From positions 138,064-202,063 of the forward strand of contig JBBRTX010000001.1 of NCBI GenBank assembly GCA_038244085.1: a stretch of DNA of 64,000 bases, read 5' to 3'. This stretch comes from Bacteroidales bacterium. GTDB lineage: Bacteria; Bacteroidota; Bacteroidia; Bacteroidales; FEN-979. Each line of letters opens with the position of its first letter. The stretch's first letter is position 1. The notes below the pieces were generated by a model. It was not told the origin of the DNA and did no database searches. It saw only the letters and a list, made by a program, of their open reading frames with translations. Both the position numbers and the translations under genes were made by a program. Below, piece by piece: positions 61,290 through 64,000 of this stretch.

Positions 61290-64000
61290 ATGAATCATTC
61301 TTTACAAAGAGTACTTTACTTTTCCGCCTTTTACCTGGCTCTTTTTCCGCTATCCGGCTTTTCTGAAGGAACAAAACAGTTTCGGCCAATGGAATCTGAT
61401 AAAGGGGAACTTTGTATTGATACCACAAGAAATAAATTCGGAAGTGTCTCAGCTACGGCTGATTACCGTCTTTATATCCATATCTCTGATTTCACGACTG
61501 AAGCAATTTATTTCGGCTTCGGGGAATCAAAGCACAATACAGGGAGTTCTACTTTTCGTCTTTACCGTCCTGATGGTACAATTGATACATCCGGTTTGGT
61601 TCCTGTAACCTCAGGAAACCGTGGGTATATTGATAACTGGTCACAGGCAGTTGCTGGCCCCACCGTGGTTGGAGGTCCATCCGGTTATTGGGCGTTACGA
61701 TGCACACCCAATATGAACGGAGATTATTACATTGCTTTTAAAATTGCATGGCAGGGAGGTTTTGGCCAGGAACAGTACAAAACCTTTGCAAATTTTGACG
61801 TAACGGTTGTGAACATACCCACCTGGAGCGCAAAAGACGGTCGTTTATGGTCAAAAGCATGGCAGCTTTATGCCGAAAACCCGCAATTCGCTTCCAACAA
61901 TCAATACTGGGGGAAGATGTTCATCTATTCCATGGACAGTATCGTGACGAAGGTGGATCTGAACGGAATGATTCCGGGCACCTTTACCGTATCGTGTAAC
62001 CGGTCTGGCTGTTATCCCATTGATGTTCTCCATCCGTTGACCGAAGCAAGAAAATCTGTTAGTGGCGAGCATACCTATCCCCAGTATAAGATTTTCCTGA
62101 ATAATCCGGACAGTACCATCTATCCCAGCGGAACTCTGGGAGGACTTGATAATACTGTGCCTGTAACTGCACTTAGGCATTGTAACGGAGCCGTTGATTT
62201 TACCTTTGGAACAACAAAAGCCGGGAATGTTGAAATTCATCTGCTGCTTGGGGCGCTCGGGCCACCCTATGTCGACCGGGTGCTTCCTGCCCAGGTAGTA
62301 ACAGGTTTGAATACCATTTCATGGGATGGTATCGACGGAGCCGGGAACCCCATTTTAAACGGAGCGGTTTTCCAGTTTTATATCAGTTATGTGAATGGAT
62401 TGACACACCTTCCGCTTTATGATGTCGAATTTAATGAGAACGGATTTCGTCTTGCCCTTGTAAGGCCAATCACTGTGCCTGCCCCCCCTGATCCGCTCTT
62501 TTACTGGGACGATTCTAACCTCGGTGGGGGAACAACCAATCTTAACGGCTGTCTTAGTTCACCCACTACGGGTTGTCATATATGGAATACAACCGGGAAC
62601 GGAGGTTTTGGGAATAACCGCACGATCAACACCTGGTGGTATGCCGTGAGCACCAGTACGGCTTCACTCCAAATTTTCCAAAAACGGGAACCGGGTCCCC
62701 TTGGCGCCATTACAGGTCCAACAAGCCTTTGCCCAGGAACAAATATTGTAAATTACAGTGTATCCACGGAGCCAAATTCAACTTCTTATCAATGGGCTTA
62801 TTCCGGTGCTGGTGCAACAATCATCAACAACGGGAACAATTTCATCACGATAAACTTCTCTGTTTCCGCCACATCGGGAACTTTATCGGTAAGAGGATAC
62901 AATGATTCCTGCGGACTGAGTGGAACCCCCTCCAACCTGGTTATCACCATGCTCCCCTTTCCGCCGGTTGTGCTCAATGTGTTTACTCCGGTTTGTATTG
63001 ATTTACCTGCGTTCCCGCTTTCCGGAGGGTCACCGGCAGGTGGAACTTATTCGATTGCAGGAATTCCGGCAACCATTTTTGATCCTGCCATACAGGGTAT
63101 AGGAACTCATATCATTTCTTATTTTTATTCCGATCCTTTCACCAGTTGCAGTAAGTCTGTTGATCAACCCTTGCTCGTGAATCCATTACCGGTTGTTTCG
63201 TTAAACCCCATCAGTTCCGTTTGCGCCAATGCCCCGGCCTTTTCACTTTCCGGCGGTAACCCTGCCGGAGGGATATACTCCGGTACCGGGGTTACTGCGG
63301 GGATATTCAATCCATCTGTGGCCGGGCCCGGAACCTGGAATATCATCTACACATACACCGATGCCAATTCCTGTACGAATTCCAACACAAAACCGGTAAC
63401 CGTCTTTGCAGTTCCGGTAGTAACGCTTGCCCCGTTAGCCCCAGTTTGCGTCAACATCAATCCATTTACCCTGACCGGCGGAACCCCGGCAGGAGGTGTC
63501 TATTCCGGTCCGGGTGTGACTGCAGGGATTTTTGACCCATCCGCAGCCGGACCAGGCATCCATAGCATCCTTTATACGTACACGGATGTCAATGGATGTA
63601 TCTCAAATGATACGAAAAACCTTACGGTGAATCCCCTTCCCGGAAGCGCCGGAACCATAACAGGCGTTGCCGTCATTTGCCAGGGATCCAATAATGTTGT
63701 TTATACCACCACAGCAATCGCCAACGCAACCAGTTATGCATGGTCGGTTTTACCTGCCCTTGCAGGTACAATCAGCGGGTCCTCCACTTCGGTCAGCATC
63801 AACTGGTCAACCGTCTTTTCGGGAACTGCTAATGTTTATGTTAAAGGCGTCAATGCCTGCGGAGATGGATTACAGTCCAACGCTTTTCCTGTTACCATAA
63901 ATCCAAAACCCGTTGTCACCTTTAAAATCTGTACCGACTCGGTTACCACAACCGATGCAAAACCCATCGTTTTAAAAGGGGGAATTCCTCCTGGTGGAAC
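61290..64000 (+). CDS. giant modular secreted protein E (3' end outside window; not in the supplied ORF track)
   Basis: - My own translation from ATG 61290 gives MNHSLQRVLYFSAFYLALFPLSGFSEGTKQF... with no stop through nt 64000.
- The head is homologous to that of protein B.
- After the head come a type-0 module, three type-3 modules and another type-0 module.
- At the window edge a further module begins, ICTDSVTTTDAKPIVLKGGIPPGG. In A-D this module immediately precedes the FISUMP domain. Confidence 0.8.
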   Translation, partial: MNHSLQRVLYFSAFYLALFPLSGFSEGTKQFRPMESDKGELCIDTTRNKFGSVSATADYRLYIHISDFTTEAIYFGFGESKHNTGSSTFRLYRPDGTIDTSGLVPVTSGNRGYIDNWSQAVAGPTVVGGPSGYWALRCTPNMNGDYYIAFKIAWQGGFGQEQYKTFANFDVTVVNIPTWSAKDGRLWSKAWQLYAENPQFASNNQYWGKMFIYSMDSIVTKVDLNGMIPGTFTVSCNRSGCYPIDVLHPLTEARKSVSGEHTYPQYKIFLNNPDSTIYPSGTLGGLDNTVPVTALRHCNGAVDFTFGTTKAGNVEIHLLLGALGPPYVDRVLPAQVVTGLNTISWDGIDGAGNPILNGAVFQFYISYVNGLTHLPLYDVEFNENGFRLALVRPITVPAPPDPLFYWDDSNLGGGTTNLNGCLSSPTTGCHIWNTTGNGGFGNNRTINTWWYAVSTSTASLQIFQKREPGPLGAITGPTSLCPGTNIVNYSVSTEPNSTSYQWAYSGAGATIINNGNNFITINFSVSATSGTLSVRGYNDSCGLSGTPSNLVITMLPFPPVVLNVFTPVCIDLPAFPLSGGSPAGGTYSIAGIPATIFDPAIQGIGTHIISYFYSDPFTSCSKSVDQPLLVNPLPVVSLNPISSVCANAPAFSLSGGNPAGGIYSGTGVTAGIFNPSVAGPGTWNIIYTYTDANSCTNSNTKPVTVFAVPVVTLAPLAPVCVNINPFTLTGGTPAGGVYSGPGVTAGIFDPSAAGPGIHSILYTYTDVNGCISNDTKNLTVNPLPGSAGTITGVAVICQGSNNVVYTTTAIANATSYAWSVLPALAGTISGSSTSVSINWSTVFSGTANVYVKGVNACGDGLQSNAFPVTINPKPVVTFKICTDSVTTTDAKPIVLKGGIPPGG
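62967..63641 (+). repeat. three tandem 75-codon 'type 3' modules (xVCxxxxxFxLxGGxPAGGxYSGxGVxxGIFxPxxAGxGxHxIxYxYTDxNxC) inside protein E
   Basis: The array is 225 codons, in frame. The same module occurs once, directly before the FISUMP domain, in proteins A-D. Confidence 0.85.

Overview
This 64-kb segment looks like a Bacteroidota chromosome from a probable anaerobe (HydF and a tungsten/molybdopterin AOR-family enzyme are present). All calls are by-eye motif recognition; no database search was run.

Gene content, left to right:
- 1-19.5 kb: a dense type IX secretion / gliding locus. It holds the tail of an Omp85-family OMP, a DUF5103-type T9SS plug protein, porV, three tandem full-length PorU (C25 sortase) paralogs, a PorP/SprF-family protein and gldJ. 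A TrmH methyltransferase, rpsF-rpsR-rplI and ispF are interleaved.
- 19.6-39.6 kb: housekeeping and anaerobic metabolism. Genes are murF, anmK, folC, thiS-thiF, a biotin-less carboxyltransferase, a 721-aa AOR-family enzyme and a NarL/LuxR response regulator. They are followed by the ribD-ribE-ribBA-ribH operon behind a clear FMN riboswitch, a 792-aa T9SS-CTD protein, an SDR, hydF and an aspartate-ammonia-lyase-family gene.
- 39.6-64 kb: the stand-out region, a co-oriented array of five giant modular secreted proteins. Four are complete (1314, 1717, 2229 and 1520 aa). The fifth starts at 61290 and runs off the window, which is why it is missing from the ORF track.

Architecture of the giant proteins:
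- Each has a different N-terminal head: IgGFc-binding-like; an uncharacterised ~480-aa head shared by two of them; an uncharacterised head plus PKD; choice-of-anchor-L plus Calx-beta-like.
- Each has a stalk built from four kinds of ~75-95-aa Cys-containing Ig/PKD-like modules.
- All four complete proteins end in a C-terminal FISUMP domain (Fibrobacter succinogenes major paralogous domain) of exactly 179 aa. None has a recognisable T9SS type A or type B C-terminal domain.
- A small lipoprotein with two CxxCH motifs and a PepSY-like secreted protein are embedded in the array.

The most interesting candidates for new biology are this FISUMP-tailed giant-protein array and the triplicated PorU sortase. 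A functional link between them is speculative.
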